Made by a program: the position numbers and the translations under genes
Assembly: GCA_964035575.1 (NCBI GenBank)
Contig: OZ037840.1
Location: 620,001 to 684,000 of the forward strand
Reading direction: 5' to 3'
DNA length: 64,000 bases
From: Rhynchopus sp. YZ270_cl-10
Taxonomy: Eukaryota
Notes under the pieces: model-generated
The model's database searches: none
Seen by the model: the letters and a program-made list of their open reading frames with translations, nothing else
What the model was told of the DNA's origin: nothing
Shown here: positions 11,007-22,800 of the stretch, piece by piece
Numbering within the stretch: position 1 is the stretch's first letter
How the letters are laid out: the number at the start of each line of letters is the position of its first letter

Positions 11007-11855
11007 ATGCAGCTTAACATCGAGGGATTTGATGGTCAGACGTACGTCGTCGATGTGGATGTGGATGACACAGTGAAAGACCTGCGGCAGAAGGTGGCAA
11101 CTGCAGTGGGGTTTGCTGAAGACAGCTTTGATATGGGCTTTGGAAGGGACGACGAAGGAGGGGACATCAACATCACAGCGCTGAGTGCTGGCGACACAGT
11201 CGTATTGACGCAGAAAAATTCGTACAAAGCCATTGCAGCTCTTCATGCATTGGGTGAGACAGACCTCACACCTGAGAGGCTTGCGATTGTAGAAGACCCC
11301 GAGGTAGCGCAGTTGTTTCTGCAGGCAGAAGTTGTAACTGTGATTCCATGCAAGTTCCTGGCAGGCACTAATTTACGTAGCCTTGATCTGAGTGCCCCGT
11401 TGGCTACTACTGCAATTGACGACAAATTCTTACAAGGGTGTTCATCGTTGGAGTCAATTAACTTGTCTGGGTTGCGCAACGTCACGACAATAGGCGACGA
11501 ATTTCTGGAGGGCTGCACGTCATTACGCTCATTTGAGCCATTCAACTTTGCAGGATTGAGCAATGTCACAAACCTCGGGAACTACTTCTTATCAGGTTCC
11601 TGGTCGTTAACCTCCATCAACTTTGCAGGATTGAGCAATGTCACAAGCCTTGGGAATTACTTCTTATCAGATGCCAGGTCGTTAACCTCCATCGACTTTG
11701 CAGGATTGGGCAGTGTCACAAGCCTTGGGGACTGCTTCTTACTTAATTGCGAGGCGTTAACCAGTGCAGGACTGAGCGGTGTGACACGAACCGGCAGCAG
11801 ATTTCTTGAAGGGTGCACTTCTTTAGAAACATACGACTTTCCTGCACTCTATTGA
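11007..11855 (+). CDS. Ubiquitin-like domain + BspA-like leucine-rich repeat protein (~282 aa)
   Basis: MQLNIEGFDGQTYVVDVDVDDTVKDLRQKV is Ubl-like. 25-aa LRRs such as LTSINFAGLSNVTSLGNYFLS. CACAACAG acceptor at 10988. Confidence 0.88.
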   Translation: MQLNIEGFDGQTYVVDVDVDDTVKDLRQKVATAVGFAEDSFDMGFGRDDEGGDINITALSAGDTVVLTQKNSYKAIAALHALGETDLTPERLAIVEDPEVAQLFLQAEVVTVIPCKFLAGTNLRSLDLSAPLATTAIDDKFLQGCSSLESINLSGLRNVTTIGDEFLEGCTSLRSFEPFNFAGLSNVTNLGNYFLSGSWSLTSINFAGLSNVTSLGNYFLSDARSLTSIDFAGLGSVTSLGDCFLLNCEALTSAGLSGVTRTGSRFLEGCTSLETYDFPALY

Positions 11856-11958
11856 GGGCAGGCAGCATAGTGTCTGAGACAACGGCATGGTTGCAGCCGG
11901 TTTCCCCCCGCGGCCCTCCTGCTTCACACACTGCATCTCCCTCTGCCCCCTCTCACAG

Positions 11959-12077
11959 GCCGAACGCTTCTTCACCACAGCCCTCCGCTACTGGGGTCGC
12001 GAACAGACAGCTCGGGGCAGTGCTGCCTCGCTGCATCGCAGAGGAGAGTACGAAAAGGCGCGAGCACTGCTTTCTAA
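11959..12077 (+). pseudogene. Orphan TPR-like exon fragment
   Basis: CTCACAG|, then AERFFTTALRYW...LHRRGEYEKARALLS (TPR-like pattern), then |GT. No partner exons identified. Confidence 0.35.
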
Positions 12078-12439
12078 GTACACTGTACCCCAAGACCCCA
12101 CTCATGAGTCAAAATTTTCCCGGGAAAAAAAAAATCGAGCAGTGAAATAAAGAGTGAAATAAAGATTGAGCAGTGAAATAAAGCCTACTTTGTTTCACTG
12201 ATTTTCCTCCTGATCTGGGTCCACATATTTTACGCACACCGGAGGGACCAATGCAGTCGCAGTGATACAGTACCCGGACAGTGACAAGCTGCGCCTTGCG
12301 GAGGAGTCGCGCTCCTACGTCTCAAACGTCTTCTATCTGTCCCCCTCCCAGCGTTTCCTTCACAAACACCACCCCACCCCTCTTCTTCCTGCCCTCCCCA
12401 TACACCTGTCCCCACAGAACAGAGTTACACCCCTTGAAC

Positions 12440-13540
12440 ATGGACATCACAGGACACTTCGAGTCTGGAAGCTGTGTGATAGAAGTGGACGGGAGCGCCA
12501 CCCTTGCACAGGTGAAGGGGAAGCTTGTTGCGGAGCTTGGCGTGCCGCGTGCTCGGCATGTTGGTGTGCGGATGAGAGGCGGTGGCGACATCGGCAACGA
12601 TGACTTGCGCATCTGCGACACGGAGATGGATGAGGGATGTGCCGTTGAGCTGTACTACACTGGTGCCAACATCACTCCTGGGGTGGTACCAGGTTCGAAG
12701 GGTGCGTGCTTCTTCACACTCTCCCCGTGTGATAGGTACCTTGCAGTGATGCATCGCGTGAATGGTGTGGCCATCTTCGACGTGGAAACACATGAGCGTC
12801 TGTACCGCTTCCCTTGCGACTCTTGTTTCAGTCTAGCATTCGCGCCGTGCGGTGAGTGGATCTCATCCGCCAACAAGGACACACACTGTGCTGAAGTTCA
12901 TGACGTGAAGACAGGTACACTGAAGCACTCCTTTGGAGATGAAGGTGATGAGAGGTGGGCCACGGCATGGTCACCCTGTGGAACAAAGCTGTTGTCGTAC
13001 TGCAGGAAGGGTTTGCAGGTGTGGGACATTGCAGCAGGCGTTGTTGTGCATGAATGGAGCCATATTGTGAAGTGCGCGGACATGATGGTTGTGGCAGGTG
13101 ATAAGGTGGCGATGTTTGGGCACCGCAGCGGCAAAGATGTCACCATCTGGGACTACACGACAGGGGTGGAGGTGCTTGTTCTTTCATGCCCTTCTCATAT
13201 TGGTCATGTAGCACTGTCACCAAACCAGCGTTTCATTGCAGCGTCTTGCAACAAATCTGTGCGTGTCTGGAACATTGAAACAGGTGCATGTGTATTTGAA
13301 GACGTCTCAGAACACAGGGTCAACTGGAGGAATGTTGCTGTGTCCAACGACGTTGTTGCTGCGTACTCTGCAACAGCATTGTATTTGTGGTCCATCTCAA
13401 CAGGGAAGCAACTCTTGCGCCGCGACGTTGTCAGGTGGATGAAGTGCAGTGACGGTCTCGCAATCAGCAGCTGTGGTGGTGTGGTGATGTACGGCAGGGA
13501 TGAGGGTGTTGAGATTGTTGACATCTCACACCTGCCTTGA
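12440..13540 (+). CDS. Ubiquitin-like domain + WD40 beta-propeller protein, paralog 1 (~366 aa)
   Basis: MDITGHFESGSCVIEVDGSATLAQVKGKL is Ubl-like. Repeats such as WSPCGTKLLS...LQVWD, VTIWD and VRVWN. CCCACAG acceptor at 12417. Confidence 0.9.
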   Translation: MDITGHFESGSCVIEVDGSATLAQVKGKLVAELGVPRARHVGVRMRGGGDIGNDDLRICDTEMDEGCAVELYYTGANITPGVVPGSKGACFFTLSPCDRYLAVMHRVNGVAIFDVETHERLYRFPCDSCFSLAFAPCGEWISSANKDTHCAEVHDVKTGTLKHSFGDEGDERWATAWSPCGTKLLSYCRKGLQVWDIAAGVVVHEWSHIVKCADMMVVAGDKVAMFGHRSGKDVTIWDYTTGVEVLVLSCPSHIGHVALSPNQRFIAASCNKSVRVWNIETGACVFEDVSEHRVNWRNVAVSNDVVAAYSATALYLWSISTGKQLLRRDVVRWMKCSDGLAISSCGGVVMYGRDEGVEIVDISHLP

Positions 13541-13996
13541 ATTGCACGACTGCAGTCACATTCGCACTTCTCCTTGGACTGCCCCTTGCCTACAACCCTT
13601 TGTCTTCCTCCTAACGGCTATGCACATTCTCACTGTGAAGACACATACATCACCACCTCCTGACAGGCCTCGGTCATAGGCACACTCAGTCCTGCAGGAT
13701 GCAGCCGTTGTCTGCTGCATCGTGTATTAGAGAATGTGTTTTTTGTCTTCCAATCGGCAACTGTGGTGGTGTGGTGATGTGCAGGGGATGAGGGTATTCT
13801 GGTTTTTGCGCACGAAACACAGCTACCCGTCATTGGTGTGGGAAGGTGGGAGGACCTCTAACTGGGTGAGGAGTTCTCTTTCTTGTTTTTGCAAATGACA
13901 ACACATCTCGTTTCCTTCACAAACACCACCCCACCCCTCTTCTTCCTGCCCTCCCCACACACCTGTCCCCACAGAACAGAGTTACACCCCTTGAAC

Positions 13997-15118
13997 ATGG
14001 ACATCACAGGACACTTCGAGTCTGGAAGCTGTGTGATAGAAGTGGACGGGAGCGCCACCCTTGCACAGGTGAAGGGGAAGCTTGTTGCGGAGTTTGGCGT
14101 GCCGCATGCTCGGAATGTTGGTGTGCGGATGAGAGGCGGTGGTGACATCGGCAACGATGACTTGCGCATCTGCGACACGGAGATGGATGAGGGGTGTGTC
14201 GTTGAGCTGTACTGCACTGGTGCCAACATCACTCCTGGGGTGGTACCAGGTTCGCAGGAGGCTTTCGTGCTCACACTCTCCCCGTGCGACAGGTACCTTG
14301 CAGTGATGCGGAATAGGGGGGGTCTGTCCATCTTCGATACAGCAACACATGAGTGTCTGTGTCACTTCCCCTGCAAGTATACTTGTTCCCCATCCTTCTC
14401 ACCGTGCAGTGAGTGGATCTCATGCGTCAACGATAACATGAACCGCGCTGAAGTTTATGACGTGAAGACAGGTACATTGAAGCACTCCTTTGGAGATGAA
14501 GGTGATGAGAGGTGGGCCACGGCATGGTCACCCTGTGGAACAAAGCTGTTGTCGTGGTGCAGGAAGGGTTTCAACCCCGGTTTGCAGGTGTGGGACATTG
14601 CAACAGGCGTTGTTGTGCATACATGGAGCCATATTGTGAAGTGCGCGGACATGATGGTTGTGGCAGGCGACAGGGTGGCGACGTTTGGGGAAACCAGCAA
14701 AGATGTCACCATATGGGACTACACGACAGGGGCGGAGGTGCTCGTTCTTGCGTGCCTTTCTGATGTTGAGTATGTTGCACTGACACCAAACCATCGTTTC
14801 ATTGCAGTGTCTTGCAGCAACTGTGTGCGTGTCTGGAACATTGAAACAGGTGAATGTGTATTTGAAGACATCTCTGTCTGTCTCCCGGGAAGCAACGCAC
14901 AAGACTACTGGACGGATGTCGCTGTGTCCAACGACGTTGTTGCTGTCTACTCCTCCTCCACTTTGTGTGTGTGGTCCATCTCAACAGGGGAACAACTCTT
15001 GCGTCGTAAATTAGGGGGCTGTGATTCTTTCGGTCTTGCGATCAGCAGCTGTGGTGGTGTGATGATGTACGGCAGGGATAAGGGTGTTGCGATTGTTGAC
15101 ATCTCACACCTGTCTTGA
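13997..15118 (+). CDS. Ubiquitin-like domain + WD40 beta-propeller protein, paralog 2 (~373 aa)
   Basis: Tandem duplicate of 12440..13540, including ~90 bp of upstream sequence. Confidence 0.9.
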   Translation: MDITGHFESGSCVIEVDGSATLAQVKGKLVAEFGVPHARNVGVRMRGGGDIGNDDLRICDTEMDEGCVVELYCTGANITPGVVPGSQEAFVLTLSPCDRYLAVMRNRGGLSIFDTATHECLCHFPCKYTCSPSFSPCSEWISCVNDNMNRAEVYDVKTGTLKHSFGDEGDERWATAWSPCGTKLLSWCRKGFNPGLQVWDIATGVVVHTWSHIVKCADMMVVAGDRVATFGETSKDVTIWDYTTGAEVLVLACLSDVEYVALTPNHRFIAVSCSNCVRVWNIETGECVFEDISVCLPGSNAQDYWTDVAVSNDVVAVYSSSTLCVWSISTGEQLLRRKLGGCDSFGLAISSCGGVMMYGRDKGVAIVDISHLS

Positions 15119-15410
15119 ATTGCACGACTGCGGCCACATTCGCTGTTCTCCCTGAATGGACAGTGTTATACTGTGTCTCGAATAACATAGTTTCTGGTTT
15201 GGTTAGCTCATGACTGCCTCTCGTTTCGGTACGAATTGCCTTGACAAAGGCAGTGCTTTGGGGACGGGAAGGCTGGTTTATAATAATATTATGCTGGTCA
15301 GGTGGCCGTAGTATAAACGATGCAAATCGGGGAAGAAAGCGAGAGTTGAAGGAAGGATCTTTTGCGCGTGGGTGGGTTCGATAATCATGCGGGGGGGAAC
15401 CGTCCAAAAG

Positions 15411-16690
15411 TGTGTGTGTTTGATAGCTAATAAGGGTAATTCTTGCGCAGAATATGGCCCAAAAAGGTGTGTGGTTGAGGGCTCTCTTTTTATTGGGCTT
15501 TGTATTTTTCAAGTCGTATCTTTTTATTTCATTTGGCCGAAGGGGAGCAAAAAGAGCTAGAACGAAAACACAAACATGCACCCCCACCCTATTTTTTCCC
15601 TGAGTGAGAATCACCAAAAGCGCAGCCAGCGCTTCTGATGTGCTGTGGGAATGGAAGACTGTGCTTTCTCTGCCTCGTCAACCTTTTTGGCATTGACGTC
15701 CATTCACGGATCCTCCGACCACATACGTGATGGCTCACTTGTCGCGAATGTGTTTAACAGAAACTTAAGGCGCACCCGCTTCTGAGAGTCTGTGTTTGCC
15801 TCCGGAGTGAGGAGAACTGTGGCATGACCCGCATTGGACCGGGCAGACCTCGGTGGCCGGGAGGTCTGCAATGAGCTCGAGACCGTCACAGATGCCTTCG
15901 TATTCAGCAATGTTGTTGGTCGTGCCAGGGAGAGGGATGACTGCTTCAGCAAGTTTTGTTCCCTCCCAGTAGACTAGAGACACCTGCGCCTGCACGCGCG
16001 AAAATGGAGCCGTTCTGTCAGGGGCCGCCGTCGTTAATACATTACGAGGCCTGGGTGTGCAGGCAGGTGGTCGCGAGCCACGTGGTCGCATATCGAGGCT
16101 GCGAAAGGCGTGAATCGTCGGTTTCTGAGCTTCGGTAATTGCCCGTTGTCAGCTCAAAGTGGATGGCCAGCTGGATCATGCTGATCACATGTTCGTATCC
16201 TGGTGTTCCCATGCAAGGCTGCAACTGCGACCCGTTCACGACAGAGTGCGTGCCACTGGGGCTCGGTGTGTCCCTTTGGGCTGCTCTCATCTGCTGCGTA
16301 TGCGCTCGTTGGGGATATCAGGGGTGCTGGCACGTTGAGGGCTTGATGTGGACCAGCCCCATGGGTATTGGAGAAGGCGGTGGTGTCGCGCCGTCTCCTC
16401 CTGCCGGGTGTCCTTCAGTAGCCGTGCCGGCACAACATCGACGACAATGCGTTGCTGCCTTCCCACAGTCTCGCTTCTCTGGTGGAACCGCAGGGGCAGC
16501 GGCCGGTCTGCAGTATGGTTCTCGATCCCGTGTTGGTAAAGGGTGTTACCCTCAGCTGTCGAGGAAGGTCGGCCAGCCAGTGCGGTTCCAGCTTGCGGAG
16601 GTGCGTTGCATGATGTTGTGTTGCAAACGCACGTCTGTGTCTGCGCCCGTATGTGGTGCATTGCATGCTGTTGTAGTGTTTTGTTCTCTT
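15411..16690 (-). mobile_element. Degenerate retroelement remnant with RNase H motif
   Basis: ORF 15765..16091(-) contains TTNNIAEYEGICDGLELIA (RNase HI TNNxAEY motif). Broken frames upstream are Cys/His-rich. A hairpin + (CA)n tail motif at 15411..15460 may be its 3' end. Boundaries are approximate. Confidence 0.6.
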
Positions 16691-16844
16691 GCCACGGCTT
16701 TGTGGCTGCTTCCTACTCAAACACAGCTCCTTTACTTCTAGTCTGTGTACATATGCCAATCCACCCCTCGTTTCTGTAACACCCCCACCCTGCTCACACC
16801 TACCAACACACAACAGATATCACTCATATTTCATAGCAACAACA

Positions 16845-19800
16845 ATGAAAACCATCACCTCAATGCTGCTGTGTGCAGCACATATTTTTGTCGCAGACGC
16901 GAAATGCGAGGTCCCATCTACCCTAGCCTGGTGTCCAGCAGGAGACTTCGTGCCCATAGAAGCACCTGCAGAGGCAGCCAGCCACTCCTGTGCTGCGAAG
17001 ACGTCGTGCAGGTCTGGGCTTCAGGACTGGCAGATCAAGCGCGTGGTGGACCAGCACAACTTATACCGTGCGAAGCACGGTGCATGCCCTGTGACGTACA
17101 GCAAGACAGTGGAAGACTGGGCACTGAACAGCGACGGGTTCGACACAACGTGCAAGACCGAGAAGTCGACCCACAACTCTGGCAGTCCCTACGGAGAGAA
17201 CATCGCAATGGTGGGGACGTTCACAACGAACACAGCGACGTTTGACCCTGCAGAGGGTGTGCGGAACTGGTACTGCAAAGAGGAGGGCTGTTACGACTAC
17301 AACAACCCTGGCTTCTTCAGTGACACCGGTCACTTCACAGCAGTCATCTGGAAGGGCACAACAGAGATCGGATGTGCACTGTGCCACGTTGAAGGGTCCT
17401 ACGTCAAGAACTACCTCATGTGCAGCTACAACTCGGCTGGGAACGTCAGATACAAGTTCCCCGAGAACGCGCTTCCTGACGGGAACACGCCGACCGACTG
17501 CTCACCAGAAACACCTGCACCCCCGACTGAGGACGAGTGTGCAGCAACACCCTGTGGAAGTGACCAGGACTGCAACGACCCAGACCAGACAGTGGACAGC
17601 GACTACACCTGCACATGCCAAGCAGACAACTCTGTTGTTGAGACAGGGAAGGCAGCAGTGTGCGAGACGGACGAGTGTGCGACAGGCACTCCGTGTGGTG
17701 CAGACCAAGACTGCAACGATCCCGACACGTCTCCAAACAGTGTTACTGACTTCGTGTGCACGTGCCAGTCCGACAACTCCCTCACCAACACAGGTGCACC
17801 TGCCACCTGTGACAAGGATGAGTGCTCAAACGACCCATGCGAAACAGCCAGTACAGGACAGACGTGTGCTGACCCGAACCCAAGCCCTTCATCAACAGGA
17901 GACTACACTTGCACCTGTACAAACGGAGTGTCTGCAACAGGAGGAAAGGCGAGCTGTGATGTGGATGAGTGTGCTGCCACACCTGCACCATGTGGAACTG
18001 GACAGACGTGTGTTGATCCTGACACAGCGGCTGACAAGAAACTCGACTTCGTGTGCACATGCGACAGTGACGCAAGCATCACCAACACAGGTGCAGCGGC
18101 AACGTGTTCGAGTGACGAGTGCTCCAGCGACCCTTGTGAGACAGCCACCACAGGACAAACCTGTGCTGACCCGAACCCAAGCCCTTCATCAACAGGAGAC
18201 TACACTTGCACCTGTGCGAACGGAGTGTCTGCAACAGGAGGAAAGGCGAGCTGTGATGTGGACGAATGTGCTGCCACACCTGCACCGTGTGGAACTGGAC
18301 AGACGTGTGTTGATCCTGACACAGCAGCTGACAAGAAATTCGACTTCGTGTGCACGTGTGACAGCGACGCCTCCATCACCAACACAGGGGCAGCTGCGAC
18401 ATGTTCGAAGGATGAGTGCTCAAACGACCCTTGTGAGACAGCCACCACAGGACAGACATGTGCTGACCCGAACCCAAGCCCTTCATCAACAGGAGACTAC
18501 ACTTGCACCTGTGCGAACGGAGTGTCTGCAACAGGAGGAAAGGCAAGCTGCGATGCGGATGAGTGTGCTGCCACACCTGCACCATGTGGAACTGGACAGT
18601 CGTGTGTTGATCCTGACACAGCAGCTGACAAGAAATTCGACTTCGTGTGCACGTGTGACAGCGACGCCTCCATCACCAACACAGGAGCAGCTGCGACATG
18701 CTCAAAGGATGAGTGCTCCAACGACCCATGTGAGACAGCCATCACAGGACAGACATGTGCTGACCCGAACCCAAGCCCTTCCTCAACAGGAGACTACACT
18801 TGCACCTGTGCGAACGGAGTGTCTGCAACAGGAGGAAAGGCGAGCTGCGATGCGGATGAGTGTGCTGCCACACCTGCACCATGTGGAACTGGACAGTCGT
18901 GTGTTGATCCTGACACAGCTGCTGACAAGAAGTTCGACTTCGTGTGCACATGCGACAGCGACGCCTCCATCATGAGCACAGGGGCAGCTGCAACTTGTTC
19001 GAAGGATGAGTGCTCCAACGACCCTTGTGAGACAGCCACCACAGGACAGACATGTGCTGACCCGAACCCAAGCCCTTCCTCGACAGGAGACTACACTTGC
19101 ACCTGTGCGAACGGAGTGTCTGCAACAGGAGGAAAGGCAAGCTGCGATGCGGATGAGTGTGCTGCCACACCTGCACCATGTGGAACTGGACAGTCGTGTG
19201 TTGATCCTGACACAGCAGCTGACAAGAAGTTCGACTTTGTGTGCACATGTGACACTGCCCCAACCATCACCAACACAGGAGCAGCTGCGACATGCTCAAA
19301 GGATGAGTGCTCCAACGACCCTTGTGAGACAGCCACCACAGGACAGACGTGTGCTGACCCGAACCCAAGCCCTTCATCAACAGGAGACTACACTTGCACC
19401 TGTGCGAACGGAGTGTCTGCAACAGGAGGAAAGACAAGCTGCGATTTGGATGAGTGTACTGTCACACCTGCACAGTGTGGAACTGGCCAGTCCTGTGTTG
19501 ATCCTGACACAGCTGCTGATAAGAAGTTCGACTTCGTGTGCACATGCGACAGCGACTCGATGACAACGAAGACTGGAGGAGCGGTGCCAACGTGTGTGCT
19601 TGATGAGTGTGCGGCAACACCGTCTCCGTGTGGTGCACAGATGTGTGCGGATGCGATGAAGGGACCTTCGCAGTTGAACGACTATGTGTGCACATGCGCC
19701 GCACCAAGCACAGAGAAGGCGACAGGGAAGCCTGCTGTCTGCAACACAGGATCGGAAGATGAGTGTCTTGCTACACCTCCTCCGTGCGGTGCTGGGCAGA

Positions 19801-22800
19801 CGTGTGTGGATCCCGACCAGACAGCGATGAGCATGAACGACTACACCTGCACGTGTGTGACAGGCACGGGGTCCGAGACAGCTGCGCCAGCTCTGTGTGT
19901 TCTTGACGAGTGCATCGCAGGACCGTGTGGAGGTGGGCAGACATGCACTGACATGGACACAGCAGTTAGTGCAACAGACGACTTCACTTGCACATGTGAC
20001 GCGCCTTTGGCTGGGACAGCGATGGGTATGGCTGCAACGTGTACAAGCAACGACTGTGACAGCAACCCTTGCGACGCAGGACAGACGTGCACAGACCCTG
20101 ATCAGTCCACAATGTCGCACGGTGACTTCTGGTGTGAGTGTGCAAACGGTGTGAAGGCACAAGGTACCTCTGCCACTTGTGATATTGACGAGTGTGCACC
20201 TGCTGACCCAGCAGACTTCCCCTGTGGCAAGGACCAGCTGTGCGAGGACCCGAACAAGGCGAAGACATCCCAACACGACTTTGTGTGCACATGCCCTCTG
20301 GACTCATCTATCAGCAAAATAGACGGACCTGCGATCTGCAGTGCTGATGATTGCGAAAGTGACCCTTGTGGTGCAGGACAGACGTGCACGGACCCAAACC
20401 CCTCACTAACCTCTCACAACGATTTTATTTGTGAATGTGCAAACGGTGTGCAGTCACAGGGTGTGAGGGCAACCTGTGAGATTGACGAGTGTGATGCTGC
20501 ACATAACAAGTGCCTTGCGGACCAGTTGTGCGAGGACCCGAACAAGTCGAAGACATCCCAACACGATTTTGTGTGCACATGCCCTCTGGACTCATCTATC
20601 AGTAAAATAGACGGACCTGCGATCTGCAGTGCTGATGATTGCGACAGCAACCCTTGTGGCGCAGGACAGACGTGCACAGACCCAAACCCCTCACTTACAT
20701 CTCACAACGACTTCTGGTGTGAGTGTGCAAACGGTGTGACTTCACAAGGTACCTCTGCAACTTGTGAGATTGACGAGTGTGCACCTGCTGACCCAGCAGA
20801 CTTCCCCTGTGGCAAGGATCAGCTGTGTGAGGACCCGAACAAGGCAAAGACTTCCCAACACGACTTTGTGTGCACATGCCCTCTGGACTCATCCATCAGC
20901 CAAACCGACGGACCTGCGATCTGCACTGTGAACGACTGCGACAGCGAGCCTTGTGGTGCAGGACAGACGTGCACAGACCCAACACCAACAGCAGCATCGC
21001 ACTACGACTTCATCTGCACGTGCGACTCGAGCGACGTGCAGACGACAGGGACAAGAGCAACCTGTGAGATTGACGAGTGCGACGCTGACCACAACAAGTG
21101 CCTTGCGGACCAGCTGTGCGAGGACCCGAACAAGTCTTACAACTCTCAGCATGACTACGTGTGCAAGTGCAAGTCAGACCCCACCCTGCAGCAGGTGGAC
21201 GGGCCTGCTGCGTGCTCTCTGAACGACTGTGACAGCAACCCCTGTGGCCTGGGACAGATGTGCATGGACCCAACACCAACAGCAGCGTCGCACTACGACT
21301 TCATCTGCACGTGTACAAACGGTGTGACTTCACAGGGTACCTCTGCCACTTGTGAGATTGACGAGTGTGATGCTGCGCACTACGCCTGTGGGAAGGACCA
21401 GCTGTGCGAGGATCCGAACAAGTCGAAGTCATCCCAACACGACTACGTGTGCACATGCCCTCTGGACTCAAGCATCAAGAAGACAAATGGTGCTGCAATC
21501 TGCACTCTGAACGACTGCGACAGCGAGCCTTGTGGTGCAGGACAGACGTGCACAGACCCGACACCAACAGCAGCATCGCACTACGACTTCATCTGCACGT
21601 GTGTGAACGGTGTGACGTCGCAGGGTGTGAGTGCGACGTGTGAGATTGACGAGTGCGACGATGACCGCAACCTGTGCCCTGCAGACCAGATGTGCGAGGA
21701 CCCGAACAAGGCGAAGACGTCGCAGCACGACTTTGTGTGCTCGTGCCGATCGAACCCGGACATCAAGCAGACGGACGGGCCTGCTGCATGTGCAGACGAG
21801 TGTGCTGCGAACCCGTGTGGTGCGGACCAGATGTGTGAGGAGGGGCGTCTGGGTGCTGCTTACATGGGAGACTACCTGTGCACGTGCCTGAACGACAAGA
21901 ACAGGTTTACGGTTGGGATGGCGGTGCCTGCCTGCGGTGTGGACGAGTGCACAAGCGGACCGTGTGGGCAGGGTGAGATGTGTCTTGACCCCGACTTTGA
22001 TGTGGAGAAGGACTTCCAGTGCCGCTGCAATGGGGGGAAGCAGATTTCGGTTGGTGCGCCAATGTCAGAGTGCGACGAGTGCACGATGGGGCTGTTCCCG
22101 TGCCTGGGCCCGTTTGGGGAGAAGGAGACATGCACAGACCCAGACACGTCGCCGGAGAGCCTTGGGGACTTTGTGTGCGAGTGTCCGAACCACGGTGCAC
22201 GTGCGACGGGTGGCCCTGCACAGTGCAGCAAGCAGGGCGAGTGCAGCAGCGACCCGTGTGTGGACCCACACGCAGTGTGTGAGGACCCGGACCCGTCGAC
22301 AGCAGGCGACTTCACGTGCAAGTGCATGGTGGGATCTGTGGGGGAGAGTGTGGGGAAGGCTGTCGACTGCACCATTGACGAGTGTGCGGGGAACCCGTGT
22401 GGTCCGCAGCAGGAGTGTGTCGACATGAACACACACTGGGAGAACGTGGGGGACTTTGTGTGCAAGTGCACAGAGACGCCAAGCAAGATGCCGCTCTTTG
22501 GGACTGCTGTCGGGCGTGGTGCCAAGTGCACAACGTCGCCGCAGCCCACAGCTGAAGGCGATACGATGTCGCCCTTGGGGCGTGCCACTGCGTCCCCGCC
22601 AATCACGTACACTGCTGCACCGTTGCCGTCTGCTGACGCTGGTGCGGCCGACTCGTCTTCCGACAGTGACGAGGGTGGCTTCCCGTGGGAGATCGTTGTT
22701 GCGATTGCTGCTGGCGTTCTGTGTGCTTGTGGTGCTGCTGCTGCGTACATGCAGAAGCGTAAGGGTGCTGGAGATGTGGACATCAACGACTTCATGGAGT

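Noticed and set aside
16689..16844. N-terminal extensions given by the ORF track (also 12281, 13883, 26703, 32776, 58599)
   Set aside because: Non-ATG starts running through acceptor or low-complexity tracts. Paralog similarity, signal peptides and Ubl domains begin at the downstream ATG.
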